Source: Andalucia godoyi And28
Taxonomy: Eukaryota > Protista > Jakobida
NCBI GenBank assembly: GCA_009859145.1
Contig: VRVR01000035.1
Location: 139,026-203,025 of the forward strand
DNA length: 64,000 nucleotides
Direction of reading: 5' to 3'
The notes under the pieces: generated by a model
The model's database searches: none
The model's input: only the letters and a program-made list of their open reading frames with translations
Told to the model about the DNA's origin: nothing
In this document: one piece after another, positions 33,553 to 44,002 of the stretch
Layout: each line of letters begins with the position of its first letter
How positions within the stretch are numbered: the stretch's first letter is position 1
Translations under genes and position numbers: made by a program

Positions 33553-34022
33553 TTCTCAGATCAATTCACGTGTTGGAAAGAGCAAAGCCCAGCAGAAATG
33601 ACAAAAAAACAAAAAAACGAAAAAAGAAACAGCAACAACAACAGAGATTAGAAAAGACAACGAAGAATAAAGCAACAGAAACGAAGCGAAGAAGAAGAAA
33701 AAAAAGGAATGGAAAAAGAAAAGAAAGGAACGAAAGGACCGTGTCGTTGAAGAAGAGTTAAAAGGAAGCCAAAAGAAAATGAAAAGCTGGTGTGGAAATC
33801 GCGCTTTTGTGCAAAAAGGACGTCTGCGGGAAAGCATCAACTCATGCTATCTAGTGGTCCCCACATCGGTTTACGTAGCTGACCATTCCTCCTTCTCCTC
33901 CTTCCTCTAGACAAGCGGACATTTAAGCCTCGGGAATTCCCGACGAAATATGATTTCTTTTCTCGGGTGGCTTCCACCGTTGTGCAAATCCGAAAGCTCG
34001 TACGAAATACACGAGTAAAGGA

Positions 34023-34077
34023 AAGGGTAAGGGGTAAAGGTAAGGGTAAGGGGTAAAGGTAAGGGTAAGGGTTAGGG
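34023..34077 (+). repeat. Degenerate telomere-like G-rich repeat (19-bp unit AAGGGTAAGGGGTAAAGGT x2 plus a partial copy ending TTAGGG)
   Basis: Direct reading; lies between ABCE1 and the amino-acid transporter. Confidence 0.85.
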
Positions 34078-34112
34078 AGATAAAGGTCAGAAGGAGAAGA
34101 AGAGTCAGAGGA

Positions 34113-35543
34113 ATGGAGTCAAAGATTGATGAAGAGCGACAAGCAGCGGACCCTCTGCTGTGTCCAAGTCCGCCCGCTTCTGCGTCATCGCCCATATCGT
34201 CTGCAAGTGTGAATTCGTCGTCGCCTGCATACTCGACAGCAGCAGACGATGAGCGCGAACCGCCATTTGGATTTTTGTTTGCGTTTGTTTCAACAACAAA
34301 CTCGCTTTTTGGAACGGGTGTGTTTTTTGTTGCGTGGGTCTTCCAAGAGTGCGGGACGTTTGCATCAGGGCTGTGGTTTCTTATCCAGGGCCTGCTGTTC
34401 GGAATCTCAATGTTGCTGCTTGCGGAATCCCTAGCGCGGGCAGAAGCTCTCGAGCAAGTTCGTTCGATACTAACAAGCGGCGGAATGCTACGCTCGGGTA
34501 ATGTGCGCTGCTCACTCGGAGACGAGGTTCACGGCGTGGCGTACGTATGCAAGGTCTTTTGTGGAATGCACGTGGTTGCGCTGTGGAATCTGTTTTCGTT
34601 TGCGATTGCAGGTGCGAAGATGTTGTTGTTTGGGTGTGTGTGGATGGCGTCGTTTCCGCAAGTGTCAAATACTCGGTGGGTTGCTCACTCGGATGTGTAT
34701 GCGCTTCTTGCACTTGCATTGTCGATTACGATACTGTTGTCAATTGGGATATCATTGCAGCTGCGAGGACAGGTTTTCTTGGCTACTTGCGCAACTCTTG
34801 CGTTTATCGGAATGCTGATTGCCATGGTGGCATCGGTGGATTCGACCGAGTTTGAGGGCTCCTTCGAATGGATTCATGCTAAAAAAATTGGGAAGCTGGC
34901 CTCGTTCTCTGCGCTGGCGTTCACAAATCATCAGCATGCGTCATCCCTCACTCGAACTCTCAAGAACAAGGACTCTATCACAAGACTGTACGCATTTGCA
35001 TTCTTTGTTGTCGGCCTCCTGTACGTCTTCTTCGGAGTTTTGTTTTCACGGTTGTTTGGAAACTCGATTGAAATGATGCTTCCCGACAATGTTCCCACAC
35101 ATACTGGCACAGTTTCCTTGGCGGTTCGATACTGCCTGCAGATTATGTGTCTGCTGAACATCTTGTCGTCGTTTCCGTTCCAAGCTACAACGGCAGGAAA
35201 TGTTCTCTTGGAATGCATGCCGTCTGAAATGGCGAAAAAATGCTCAAGACGTCTTGTTCGAGTCTTTTGCTCTCTTCTGTTTATTGGTGTTGTGTACGTT
35301 ATCCGCGACCTGACCTCAGCTCTCGAATGGGTTGGCATTGGGTGCATTGTGTTCGTCCTGATCTTGACTCCTCTAATACATCTGCGTACCGCAAATGTGT
35401 CTGCAAATGTGCTGGGCGGAACTCGCAAGCATCCATATGCGGGTCCGTTTGCGAAACCTGCGTTTGTGTACTTTATGTGTCTGTTTGGAGTCGTTAGCCT
35501 CGTTTTCAACATTCCACCGTTGTACCAGGCGTTGCCTGCCTAA
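34113..35543 (+). CDS. Amino acid/auxin permease (Aa_trans) family transporter, TMEM104-like
   Basis: About 11 hydrophobic segments and an N-terminal signature TNSLFGTGVFFVAWVFQECG. Confidence 0.8.
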   Translation: MESKIDEERQAADPLLCPSPPASASSPISSASVNSSSPAYSTAADDEREPPFGFLFAFVSTTNSLFGTGVFFVAWVFQECGTFASGLWFLIQGLLFGISMLLLAESLARAEALEQVRSILTSGGMLRSGNVRCSLGDEVHGVAYVCKVFCGMHVVALWNLFSFAIAGAKMLLFGCVWMASFPQVSNTRWVAHSDVYALLALALSITILLSIGISLQLRGQVFLATCATLAFIGMLIAMVASVDSTEFEGSFEWIHAKKIGKLASFSALAFTNHQHASSLTRTLKNKDSITRLYAFAFFVVGLLYVFFGVLFSRLFGNSIEMMLPDNVPTHTGTVSLAVRYCLQIMCLLNILSSFPFQATTAGNVLLECMPSEMAKKCSRRLVRVFCSLLFIGVVYVIRDLTSALEWVGIGCIVFVLILTPLIHLRTANVSANVLGGTRKHPYAGPFAKPAFVYFMCLFGVVSLVFNIPPLYQALPA

Positions 35544-35726
35544 GCGATCGCTTGTAACCCCTCGCCCACCCACCCTCTCTCCACACTACTCTCTCGTGTC
35601 TACTGTTTGCTTTTACCTTTGTGCCATGTTGTGTATTGCGACGTTGCAATGACTATTCATCCGTTTACCACGTGCTGGCTGTTACAGAGGGGGAGGGGAG
35701 ATGACTAGGTGTAGAAACCAGCCTCG

Positions 35727-37589
35727 TCAATATCCGTGTGTTTGACTGCTAAGCGCCGGAAATCCTTTTTGATCTCCACGAAATCGAGCGAGAGACACGT
35801 GTCTGGAGTGGCTGACCGGGCTCTGGTATGGCGAAACTGCGCGAGGCTGGACCATGGCAGGAAACTGCCTGTTTTGGCCCCGAAACGGTGTCATGTCATC
35901 ACTTCCGAACGACTGACGTTGAGCGTCGAATCGATGGTGATGATTTTGGCCATGAGACGCAGGTAGTCCCATTGACGCCGGTGATGAGGATGCCGAGAGA
36001 AAAGGAGGAGCGTGCTCAAGGTAGGACGAGTATCGAACCGGGGTTTCCACACCAACGTTCGGATTTAAAATGAATGTCCCTAGGTGTCGCAAGCCACGAG
36101 CATAGTCTTGGAGTTCGAGTGTTTGCTGATAAACGGGATCCTCTTCCGACTGCTCGTCAGCATCTAGAGGGCGGATCTCAATGCCTCCTGGGATGTTCTT
36201 TCCGTTGCGTGACTCCATTCCTTTGTAGTACTCGTGAAGATCGTGGATCTTACGGATGGTTTTTCCAATGTTGTCCTTCTTCAGGTGCGTCGACATTTCT
36301 TCCATTTCATTCATCATTTCCTCAAAATCGCTTTTTCGTGGCTTGTCATACGCCTTGTCAAATGGATTTCTTGGCATGGATATGGACCCAGGTACGGTTC
36401 TTGTCATCCGCCTGCCTCCATCTGTTCCTGTGTTTTTCCGCGCTCGTGATCCCAGCCGACTGCGGCCTCGAGATTGTGTTCCCGGGCGGCTCACCACCGG
36501 CAGCGTCGATGATTCTGGTAAAGAATCCAAAAAATCCTGCGTCCTTTTCAGCTTTGCCTCTTCTTCTTCTGTGTACTTTGTTGGGTCTTCTGGACTCTCG
36601 TTCTCATTCTCATTCTCATTCTCATTCTCCCTCTTGTCCTTCCCCTTCCCTTTCTTCTTTCTCTTATCCCTCTTGTTCTTCTCCCCGGTACTCCTTTTTC
36701 CTGTCACCGGGGACACCAGCTTCCTCGTTTCTTCTTCTAACTGCAGCTCTTCTTTCGCACTGTATATTGTCGACAAGTTGCTTGGACCGATGGTTGTGTG
36801 GATCGACAGTCCTGGCCCTCTTCTTCCAATCTGCAGCTCCGAGCACCACAGAACAAACAGCCGGTCGTGCGCATCCACTCTTGCGTACACGACCATTCTG
36901 AACACGTCGTACTCGCTGTTCGAGATCTTCTCCACGTGACGAACAATCGACTGGCACATCTCGTTGAGCCTGCTGTTCAGTGTGCTGGAACGAACCGAGA
37001 CCGTACGAGCAACCGAGGCCGATGCTTCGACTGTTGCGCATCTCTCCACGAGTGGCAAGTGCTTGTCATACAGCAGCCTGTCATTCACTCGCATTTCCGT
37101 CTTCACGAATCGTGGAGTCCAGAACACCTGTATCGTGTGATTCGATTTGGATCGATCAAGAATTGCGGGTTCGTGAAACATTTGCAACACCACTCGTTCT
37201 CGTCTTCTTCCTTTCCGAATGTACTCCACAAGCCCTGCTTGATCAAAGTACTCTATCTGCAGATACTTGTGATCTCGCTCCTTCTGCACACTGAGCGCGT
37301 ACGCAATAGGCAGATCCGGTTCACTTTGTACACATTCCGAAAGTCGCGTCCGGTTGAAATGCTCGAGGACTTCATCGGAATGCAGCCTTGATTTTGACTT
37401 TCGGAGTATGGATCCATCCTGCATCGAAGTGAAGTACCATCCGCTAATCGCTTCGTACCGAATGATAATCGTGTCCGGAATCCGAATGCCGGAGCACGAG
37501 TCGCCATTCAGATCCTTCCTCCATAATACTTCGTAAAACCGATCCTGAAGCAAATCATCTTTCGGGAACCAGTCTGCATGAATGCTCAT
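35727..37589 (-). CDS. Hypothetical protein with a conserved N-terminal alpha/beta domain and charged disordered tail, 620 aa
   Basis: Long ORF from ATG 37589 (MSIHADWFPKDD). The first ~250 aa look globular (IPDTII, WYFTS, LQMFHEP, RMVVYARVD, LWCSEL). Confidence 0.8.
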   Translation of the reverse strand: MSIHADWFPKDDLLQDRFYEVLWRKDLNGDSCSGIRIPDTIIIRYEAISGWYFTSMQDGSILRKSKSRLHSDEVLEHFNRTRLSECVQSEPDLPIAYALSVQKERDHKYLQIEYFDQAGLVEYIRKGRRRERVVLQMFHEPAILDRSKSNHTIQVFWTPRFVKTEMRVNDRLLYDKHLPLVERCATVEASASVARTVSVRSSTLNSRLNEMCQSIVRHVEKISNSEYDVFRMVVYARVDAHDRLFVLWCSELQIGRRGPGLSIHTTIGPSNLSTIYSAKEELQLEEETRKLVSPVTGKRSTGEKNKRDKRKKKGKGKDKRENENENENENESPEDPTKYTEEEEAKLKRTQDFLDSLPESSTLPVVSRPGTQSRGRSRLGSRARKNTGTDGGRRMTRTVPGSISMPRNPFDKAYDKPRKSDFEEMMNEMEEMSTHLKKDNIGKTIRKIHDLHEYYKGMESRNGKNIPGGIEIRPLDADEQSEEDPVYQQTLELQDYARGLRHLGTFILNPNVGVETPVRYSSYLEHAPPFLSASSSPASMGLPASHGQNHHHRFDAQRQSFGSDDMTPFRGQNRQFPAMVQPRAVSPYQSPVSHSRHVSLARFRGDQKGFPALSSQTHGY

Positions 37590-38071
37590 CTTTCCTTGGT
37601 TTTTTGTTTTTGTTTTTGTTTTGGTTCCTCTGTTCGTTTTTTCCACCCACTGCGCTTTCCCGTCTGCTGCTGTCGTCCACCCTTCACAAAGCCATCCCCT
37701 GCGTTGTTCGGCGTGTTCCTATCTCTGTTTTTTTAAAATTATCAAGAATCAATTCATACATATATAATTTATACATATATAACATATAACATATAATATA
37801 TAATATTAAATTTAAAAAATAAAAAAGCATTTATTTCAATGAAATTCCCATCTCCATCACAGGCGTTTGATAAAATGTTACCTGTGGGGTGTGGACATGC
37901 CCGACTGTTGATAAGCATCTGTAGCAGCTGCTGTACATTCGAAGGCATCCGAAGAAGCAGTCGTCTCTCTCTCTCTCTCTCTCTCTACGGCCAAAAAAAA
38001 AAAGATGAAACCAATCGAGGTGGGAATACTGTTTATGGGACTTTTATATCTATGAAGGACATACTTACAAC

Positions 38072-39355
38072 TTATCGAATGTTCATGGAGCGCATCAGCG
38101 AGCCCTGCATTGCTTGCGCCTTTGACTTTTCTGGGGCCGCGAAGACCTTCCAGAACCGAAGCGACTCGTCGCCAGCGCCCGAAACAACTGTAGTTCCATC
38201 TGGAGAAAGAGCGAGATGCAAGACACGACTTGTGTGGCCCGTCAGTTCGGCGACCTTTGTCAGCGACGGATACTTCCACACACACAGCTGATTGAGCGAG
38301 AACCCGTGGCTCGTCACCAGTTCACGGTCGTGCGGGTTCCACATAATCGCACACACCTGGCTCTGAGTGTCTACAGATGATACGCACGCCCCGGTCTGTG
38401 TGTTCCAGAATCGAAGCGTGCGATCTGCTGTTCCGCCTCCCGACGCCAACAGACCTTGTTGCCACGGGCACCACGCAAGCGCCTTGACCGCGGCGGTGTG
38501 CTCGGTCTTCGTGAACTTGGGTGTCTCTTCGAACCCATCGTAGATGTTCAGGATGTTGTCGTTGCCACCCGATGCAAGCTGCGTCCCATCGGTCGACCAC
38601 TTTAGCCCGCAGACTTCTTGGGTATGGCCTCGGAGAGTGGCAAGTCTGTGCTGGGCAATTCGGACATCATGATGCATAATCGACGCATCCTTGGACCCAG
38701 AGCTCAGAATGTGTGCGTTCCAGGCCAATGACGATACCCGGCCTGTGTGGCCCTTCATGGACCGCACTTGGCGCTCGGACCTGACATCCCAAAGCTGGAC
38801 ATCCGAGTGGTTGGTTCCGACAGCGAGATAGTCTCCAGAAGCGGTCCATGCGACAGACGTTACGGAATCGCCATCCGCCGCCACCCGAAGAAGCTCCTTT
38901 GCTTCACATGTCTCGCCGTTCCACACATAGACAGACTGTCCAAGCGCGACTGCCAGGTTGTTTTGCGAAGACCAGTCGAGAAGGTTCAGATAAAAGTCAT
39001 CGCGAAGCTCAGGTGCATCGAGGATGCGCATAGGTGTCGATGCGATGTGACGCGTGTTTCGGGCAGACGCAAGCTTTTGTGCAGAGGCAGCAGAGGCCGC
39101 AGAGTTTGCAGAGTACATGACTCGTAGGTTGGAGGATTGAGATGCAGCAGCAGAAGAAGGAGTCGGGGCTTTGTTGCGGAATGCGAGGACCTTGGATTGA
39201 GAGTCCAGCTGCAGAGTTGTTTTAAGGCCAGAGGTATATTCATTTTCATTAGGTGTGGACTCGGAGCTCATGATGCTCGACGTCGACAGAGCCAGCCGAG
39301 ATGCATCCATATCCATGGAGTTTCGATTCGGAATAAAACGATCTGGAGTGGACAT
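38072..39355 (-). CDS. CDC20: APC/C activator Cdc20, 427 aa
   Basis: C-box DRFIPNR, KVLAFRNKAP, RILDAPELRDDFYLNLLDW, seven WD40 repeats and a C-terminal IR tail (MNIR). The track extension to 39679 is translated microsatellite. Confidence 0.95.
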   Translation of the reverse strand: MSTPDRFIPNRNSMDMDASRLALSTSSIMSSESTPNENEYTSGLKTTLQLDSQSKVLAFRNKAPTPSSAAASQSSNLRVMYSANSAASAASAQKLASARNTRHIASTPMRILDAPELRDDFYLNLLDWSSQNNLAVALGQSVYVWNGETCEAKELLRVAADGDSVTSVAWTASGDYLAVGTNHSDVQLWDVRSERQVRSMKGHTGRVSSLAWNAHILSSGSKDASIMHHDVRIAQHRLATLRGHTQEVCGLKWSTDGTQLASGGNDNILNIYDGFEETPKFTKTEHTAAVKALAWCPWQQGLLASGGGTADRTLRFWNTQTGACVSSVDTQSQVCAIMWNPHDRELVTSHGFSLNQLCVWKYPSLTKVAELTGHTSRVLHLALSPDGTTVVSGAGDESLRFWKVFAAPEKSKAQAMQGSLMRSMNIR

Positions 39356-39462
39356 GATTTCACGCAACTTGAATTCTCTTTGTTTTCTTTTTCTTTTTTT
39401 CTTTTCCCCCCTTCTTTCTTTGGATTGGTTTGGTTCTTTGAATACGCACTTGAACAGGAGTT

Positions 39463-39464
39463 TC

Positions 39465-39527
<63 letters not shown>
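39463..39527. repeat. (TC)n microsatellite upstream of CDC20
   Basis: Direct reading. Confidence 0.95.
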
Positions 39528-39529
<2 letters not shown>

Positions 39530-40055
39530 ATGATTACAGCGTACACAGCAATTAGAATACAGGAGAAAGAACAAGAAAAAGAAAAGGCAAAACAGTCCAC
39601 ACTGCGTCGGAAAGAAAAAGTGATTAAACAAAAAAAATAATAAAATATACATAAATAACACAAAACAAAATCGAAGCACTGCGTTCGGTTCGTGAAACAG
39701 CTTGGTGCGGCGAATTCCAGGAAAGAGAGCGGTTTCCCCCGTATCGTTTGCCTGAAAAGGAAAATATGCGCAATCAAAAATTTAAAAAAAAGGTCCGGCA
39801 GGTTGCAGTCTATCGGAGACTCCAGGAAAGCGTTCACCACGATGTCCGCCTGCACACGGAAATGTCCGCCTGCTGTAATCTACTCGCATGGAACTTCGAA
39901 GAGCGTACAGTAGACATTTCCAATGAGGAACCGTGCTGGAAGTGCATGAGAGGTGTCCACTGTCGATCCAAAAGGGATTATTTCTCGCGCATCGCAGAGA
40001 CAGAAGCAGAAATAGTTGGATCGAGGCATGCAAAGAAAAAAACAACGGAAGAAAA

Positions 40056-41759
40056 ATGGAGCATCATGACGCCAGTATGACTGAATCTCGTACAATTGCA
40101 GAATCAGGATCAGGATCGGGATCAGGATCGGGATCAGGATCAGCGTCCCCGACTGCATCTGCGTCTCCAGGGCAGAGCTTTGCGGTGACGGAGCACTTGA
40201 GTCATCATGCCGCGTCGTCGTCGTCGTCGTCGTCGATGTCGGTCGCAAGTATAGAGTTCGCGAGTGCGCCGCCGGTCATCGAGGGATTTCCTCTGCGCAA
40301 GATTCTCGTTGCACTGTTCGTGTACGTCAACTTTGGACTTGCACTCACGTTTCCGGGACCGGCGCTTGGCGACTTCAAGGCTGCGTTTCATGTGTCCACC
40401 GACACCGTTGGCTTGATTCTCGGTGTTGTGTTTCTTGGGATGATCATTGGCACTGTGGCGTTGATGGTCCCGGAGTCTACGTACAACAGGAAAATAGGAA
40501 AATCAAAGCATCATGCTCGTCGCATCCTCTTTTGGGGGCTTTCCATCACGATTGTTTCGTTTCTCTTGATGGCAGTAGTTCCGACGTCCTGGGGATTTTC
40601 TTTGTTCTTGCTCCTGTGGGTGTTTGCGGGAATTGGGTTTGCCGGTTTCGACATTGGAACAAACTCGGCGGTGTCCGACATGAACCTCCAGAAGTCGAAT
40701 GCTGCGTTTTCACTGCTCCATTTGGGGTTTGGAATAGGCGCAATGGCCTGTCCGTTCATCTACACACTGCTTTCGGAATCCAACGACGGAGACTACAGAC
40801 CGTATGTTTGGTTTTTAATCGCGTCTTCCGTGATCGCGTTCGCGTGCGTGTGGGCAACTGAGCTTTTGCCAGCCGAAATTATCGCCTATCGGCGCAATCA
40901 AGACGAGTTGGAAAGGCTGTCTTCACGGCAGGAAAGAAACATAGACTCTTTTCTCTTTTTGAAAAAGCTGCTTCGCTCGTACGGATACTGGCTCGTGATG
41001 CTCTGTGTGCTCGTGTACAATGCTGCAGAGCTGATGATCGGCGGCTGGATCTTCTCGCTCTGTGAGGAATACGGCGGCTCTTCCACGCAATCGGCACTCG
41101 CCACTACGCTCTTCTGGGGCGGACTATCCGGAGGAAGACTTTTGCTGGCGGTTGCTTCCGAGCGGTTTCCTCGCCTTCAGGGCCCAATGATGGCCACCAA
41201 ATTGGTTACTGGCATGGGGGCTGTTGCTTCCGTGCTGGCGTTTATGATTGTGGTCGACCCTTCTATGCCCATAGTGCTCCTCTCCACCTTCCTGTCGGGA
41301 GTTGCTCTCGCAGGCATCTTCCCAATGATTGTTGCCTTTAGTGCAGAGGCCTTTGTCGATCCAGTTGACAATTCCACCAGCATGTCCATCGCAGGTATCA
41401 TCATTGGAGCCAATGTCGGGGGCTTGATTTTTCCACCGCTTGTCGGAATCATCGCCGAGGTACTTACCATTCGTTTTGCTCTGCTGTTGTCCTCTGCATG
41501 TCTTCTGGGTGTCGTGCTCTTCTCAACCTTGTTCCGAAAGTATGCCAAGGCATACAGGCTATTCGATGCAGTATCCGCGGTCTCTGCGTCTTCCACGGCT
41601 AACATGCTCAGTTCCGACGGCGTCGATCTTTCAAGCTCGATGCACATCATGGATAAGTCCTCAAAATACCCAAATGTCCGCCATCTTACTGCAGAAGAAA
41701 CCTCTTCTCTCAACAACCGCTCCAGTTCCAACTCCAATGACAACCCAAGCAGCATATGA
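40056..41759 (+). CDS. Major facilitator superfamily transporter (FucP/MFSD4-like), 567 aa
   Basis: About 12 hydrophobic helices in two bundles, with GPALGDF, DIGTNSAV, LLHLGFGIGAM and FWGGLSGGRL. ATG at 40056. Confidence 0.85.
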   Translation: MEHHDASMTESRTIAESGSGSGSGSGSGSASPTASASPGQSFAVTEHLSHHAASSSSSSSMSVASIEFASAPPVIEGFPLRKILVALFVYVNFGLALTFPGPALGDFKAAFHVSTDTVGLILGVVFLGMIIGTVALMVPESTYNRKIGKSKHHARRILFWGLSITIVSFLLMAVVPTSWGFSLFLLLWVFAGIGFAGFDIGTNSAVSDMNLQKSNAAFSLLHLGFGIGAMACPFIYTLLSESNDGDYRPYVWFLIASSVIAFACVWATELLPAEIIAYRRNQDELERLSSRQERNIDSFLFLKKLLRSYGYWLVMLCVLVYNAAELMIGGWIFSLCEEYGGSSTQSALATTLFWGGLSGGRLLLAVASERFPRLQGPMMATKLVTGMGAVASVLAFMIVVDPSMPIVLLSTFLSGVALAGIFPMIVAFSAEAFVDPVDNSTSMSIAGIIIGANVGGLIFPPLVGIIAEVLTIRFALLLSSACLLGVVLFSTLFRKYAKAYRLFDAVSAVSASSTANMLSSDGVDLSSSMHIMDKSSKYPNVRHLTAEETSSLNNRSSSNSNDNPSSI

Positions 41760-42413
41760 ACGAAGAACCGCTGGGACGAAAAATGAGCAATCGTCATGCA
41801 TCAAAGTCCACAGAATGGCAAGCGAATTGATTGTATTTTCGGGTGTCGTCATTTCCCAAAGTTAACAAATATCAACAGGGTTTACATTGCACGTGACGCA
41901 TTGTTCTATTATTATTTCTTCTTCTTCTTCTGTCTTGCCACATGGAATCCCTGATGTACGCGACGTCGAGAAGTTAGCGGGGGGCTTCAACAGCGGGTGA
42001 TGCGCAAAACACAAGAGTTTACGGGCTGCCAGGTCAGGTCACGGTCGCCACGGAAGAATACACTCGCAAGACATGCGGACTGCGTGGTTGCATGATTCAC
42101 CCGTCACTCGGGTGCGCGTCATTGGAGCAGTGGAGCGTGTAGCATTTGTCTTGCAAACGTCGAAGTGCGTGTTTAGCGTCTACCGCCCCTTCCCCGGTAC
42201 TGCAGCGGCATTGATGATGATGCGCAGTCATTGGTCAGCGATGGCCATGTATGATCAGTGTACAATGCAGACACCAGGTGATTTAATGACGCGTGGCACA
42301 ACCCCAATCCGATTCATCTGCCGTAAAAAAGAAATCCACAACACACGTTATCAAAAGCCTGGAGAAAATTACTTTTCTGGAGGTGGTGACCTTCCAATGA
42401 ACAAGCAGTCATC

Positions 42414-42469
42414 GAGAAGAGAGAGAGAGAGAGAGTGAGAGTGAGAGAGAGAGGGGAGAGAGAGAGAGA

Positions 42470-42512
<43 letters not shown>

Positions 42513-42543
42513 AGAGAGAGAGAGAGTGTGAGAGTGAGAGAGA
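42414..42543. repeat. Compound (GA)n microsatellite upstream of BET3
   Basis: Direct reading; interrupted by GT and GG units. Confidence 0.95.
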
Positions 42544-42621
42544 AAGACAATAAGATTGGCATAATCATCAAAGAATAGGAAGGAGAAGTGGTAGAAACAT
42601 AAAAAAGGAGAGAACAGCAAA

Positions 42622-43206
42622 ATGTCGTCACAAACGGGACTTACTCCGCAGCAAAAGGCTCTTCAGCGAACTGGTGAAACGGCGTATGCAAAGATGGAGA
42701 AAGTGAATGCGGAGCTTTTCCTATTCACGTACGGCGCGCTGGTTTCGCAGCTGCTGCAGGACTTGAACGATGTCACGGAGGTGAACACGCAGATTGAGAA
42801 AATGGGATTCAATATCGGGACGCGGCTCATCGAGGAGTTTCTTGCAAAGTCGGGGGTTTCTGGATGCAAGTCGTTTGAAGAAACGGGAGAAACGATTGCG
42901 CGCGTTGCATGCAAGATGTTCCTTGGAGTTACTGGATACACGCGCAACTGGTCTGCGGACAAGCAGACATTCTCACTTGTGATTGATGAAAACCCGCTCT
43001 GTGAGTTTGTCGAGATTCCAGAACATGCGCATGGACTGCTCTATTCCAACATCATCTGCGGCGTGATTCGAGGTGCTCTCGAGGCGTTGCAGCTTATTGT
43101 GCAGGTCAGGGTGCTCAAAGATGTGTTGCGAGATGACGAAACAAACGAGTTTGAAGTCAAGCTCATACAAGTCAATGAAGAGCAGTTCTTTGGAGACGAT
43201 GATTAA
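42622..43206 (+). CDS. TRAPPC3: TRAPP complex subunit 3 (Bet3)
   Basis: KVNAELFLFTYGALV, MGFNIGTRLIEEFLAKS, ENPLCEFVE and YSNIICGVIRGALE. Confidence 0.97.
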   Translation: MSSQTGLTPQQKALQRTGETAYAKMEKVNAELFLFTYGALVSQLLQDLNDVTEVNTQIEKMGFNIGTRLIEEFLAKSGVSGCKSFEETGETIARVACKMFLGVTGYTRNWSADKQTFSLVIDENPLCEFVEIPEHAHGLLYSNIICGVIRGALEALQLIVQVRVLKDVLRDDETNEFEVKLIQVNEEQFFGDDD

Positions 43207-43357
43207 GCCACGTGCTCGGTAAAACGGTTTCTTATTTCAAAATAATAACAACAACAATAATAATAATATGAAGAAGAAGAAGAAGAAGAAGAAGAAGAAG
43301 AAAATAAATAATGGAATACGTAATTTCAATAATAAACTTTGCGTGATATGCTTTGGT

Positions 43358-44002
43358 TTACACAGCCGAGTTCCACGCGGTCTTTCTCGCGTCCTCGACC
43401 TGGGTGCCTTTCGACACAGGTGTGACTTCATACACTGCATGGACAACCTCTCTTCGGTGCCCCGTTGCTTCTCCAAACAAGCCAATGTACCCTACTCGCA
43501 GCTTCCCGTCCGCGACCGCGGCGCCGCCGTCTGCCCTGAAATAGAGGGCGAGGTGACTTACGTTTTGGAACTTTGCTGGTTTCACCGGGTACAAAACCTC
43601 GTGTGACTGCGATCCCGGAGCTGACAAGTCGATGATCTGTGCCGCCGTCTTGTGCTCCACATTGTCGAAATCCACAGAGTCGTCATTCACAAACACGCTA
43701 ACTTGCCGAACGAGCATCTCGAGCTCTGAGTTCCCTACGATCATGATATGCCTGAGCTTCACCGTGCACGCGAGCGGGATGTGGACGATAAACTCCGGGT
43801 CGTCGTCTGCCTCGAAATAAGGATGCAGCACGGACCGCAGCTCATATGGCTTCGTGAACACCGGCTGTAGTGGAGTCCGCGAGCACACCCCAAATGCTGA
43901 CAGCCGCGCAACATCAATCACGGACTGCACGCTTGGCGGCGGATGAGACGCGTCGACATGCTCGCCCGTTCCATGGTCATGCCCGCACGCACAACGAGCC
44001 AT
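43358..44002 (-). CDS. PITHD1: PITH domain-containing protein 1
   Basis: N-terminal CACGHDH, ADDDPEFIVHIPL, VKLRHIMI, KFQNVSHLALYF and YIGLFGE. ATG at 44002. Confidence 0.88.
   Translation of the reverse strand: MARCACGHDHGTGEHVDASHPPPSVQSVIDVARLSAFGVCSRTPLQPVFTKPYELRSVLHPYFEADDDPEFIVHIPLACTVKLRHIMIVGNSELEMLVRQVSVFVNDDSVDFDNVEHKTAAQIIDLSAPGSQSHEVLYPVKPAKFQNVSHLALYFRADGGAAVADGKLRVGYIGLFGEATGHRREVVHAVYEVTPVSKGTQVEDARKTAWNSAV

Noticed and set aside
39437-39442. CHR-like TTTGAA upstream of CDC20
   Set aside because: A common hexamer in AT-rich intergenic DNA with no adjacent supporting element.
39356-39679. N-terminal extensions in the ORF track (CDC20, TOP2, p62, ISCU, TTC23-like and others)
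   Set aside because: They mostly begin at TTG/GTG or run through microsatellites and T-rich leaders; homology begins at the downstream ATG.
42073-42438. 121-aa plus-strand ORF upstream of BET3
   Set aside because: No recognisable motifs, and it ends inside the GA microsatellite.
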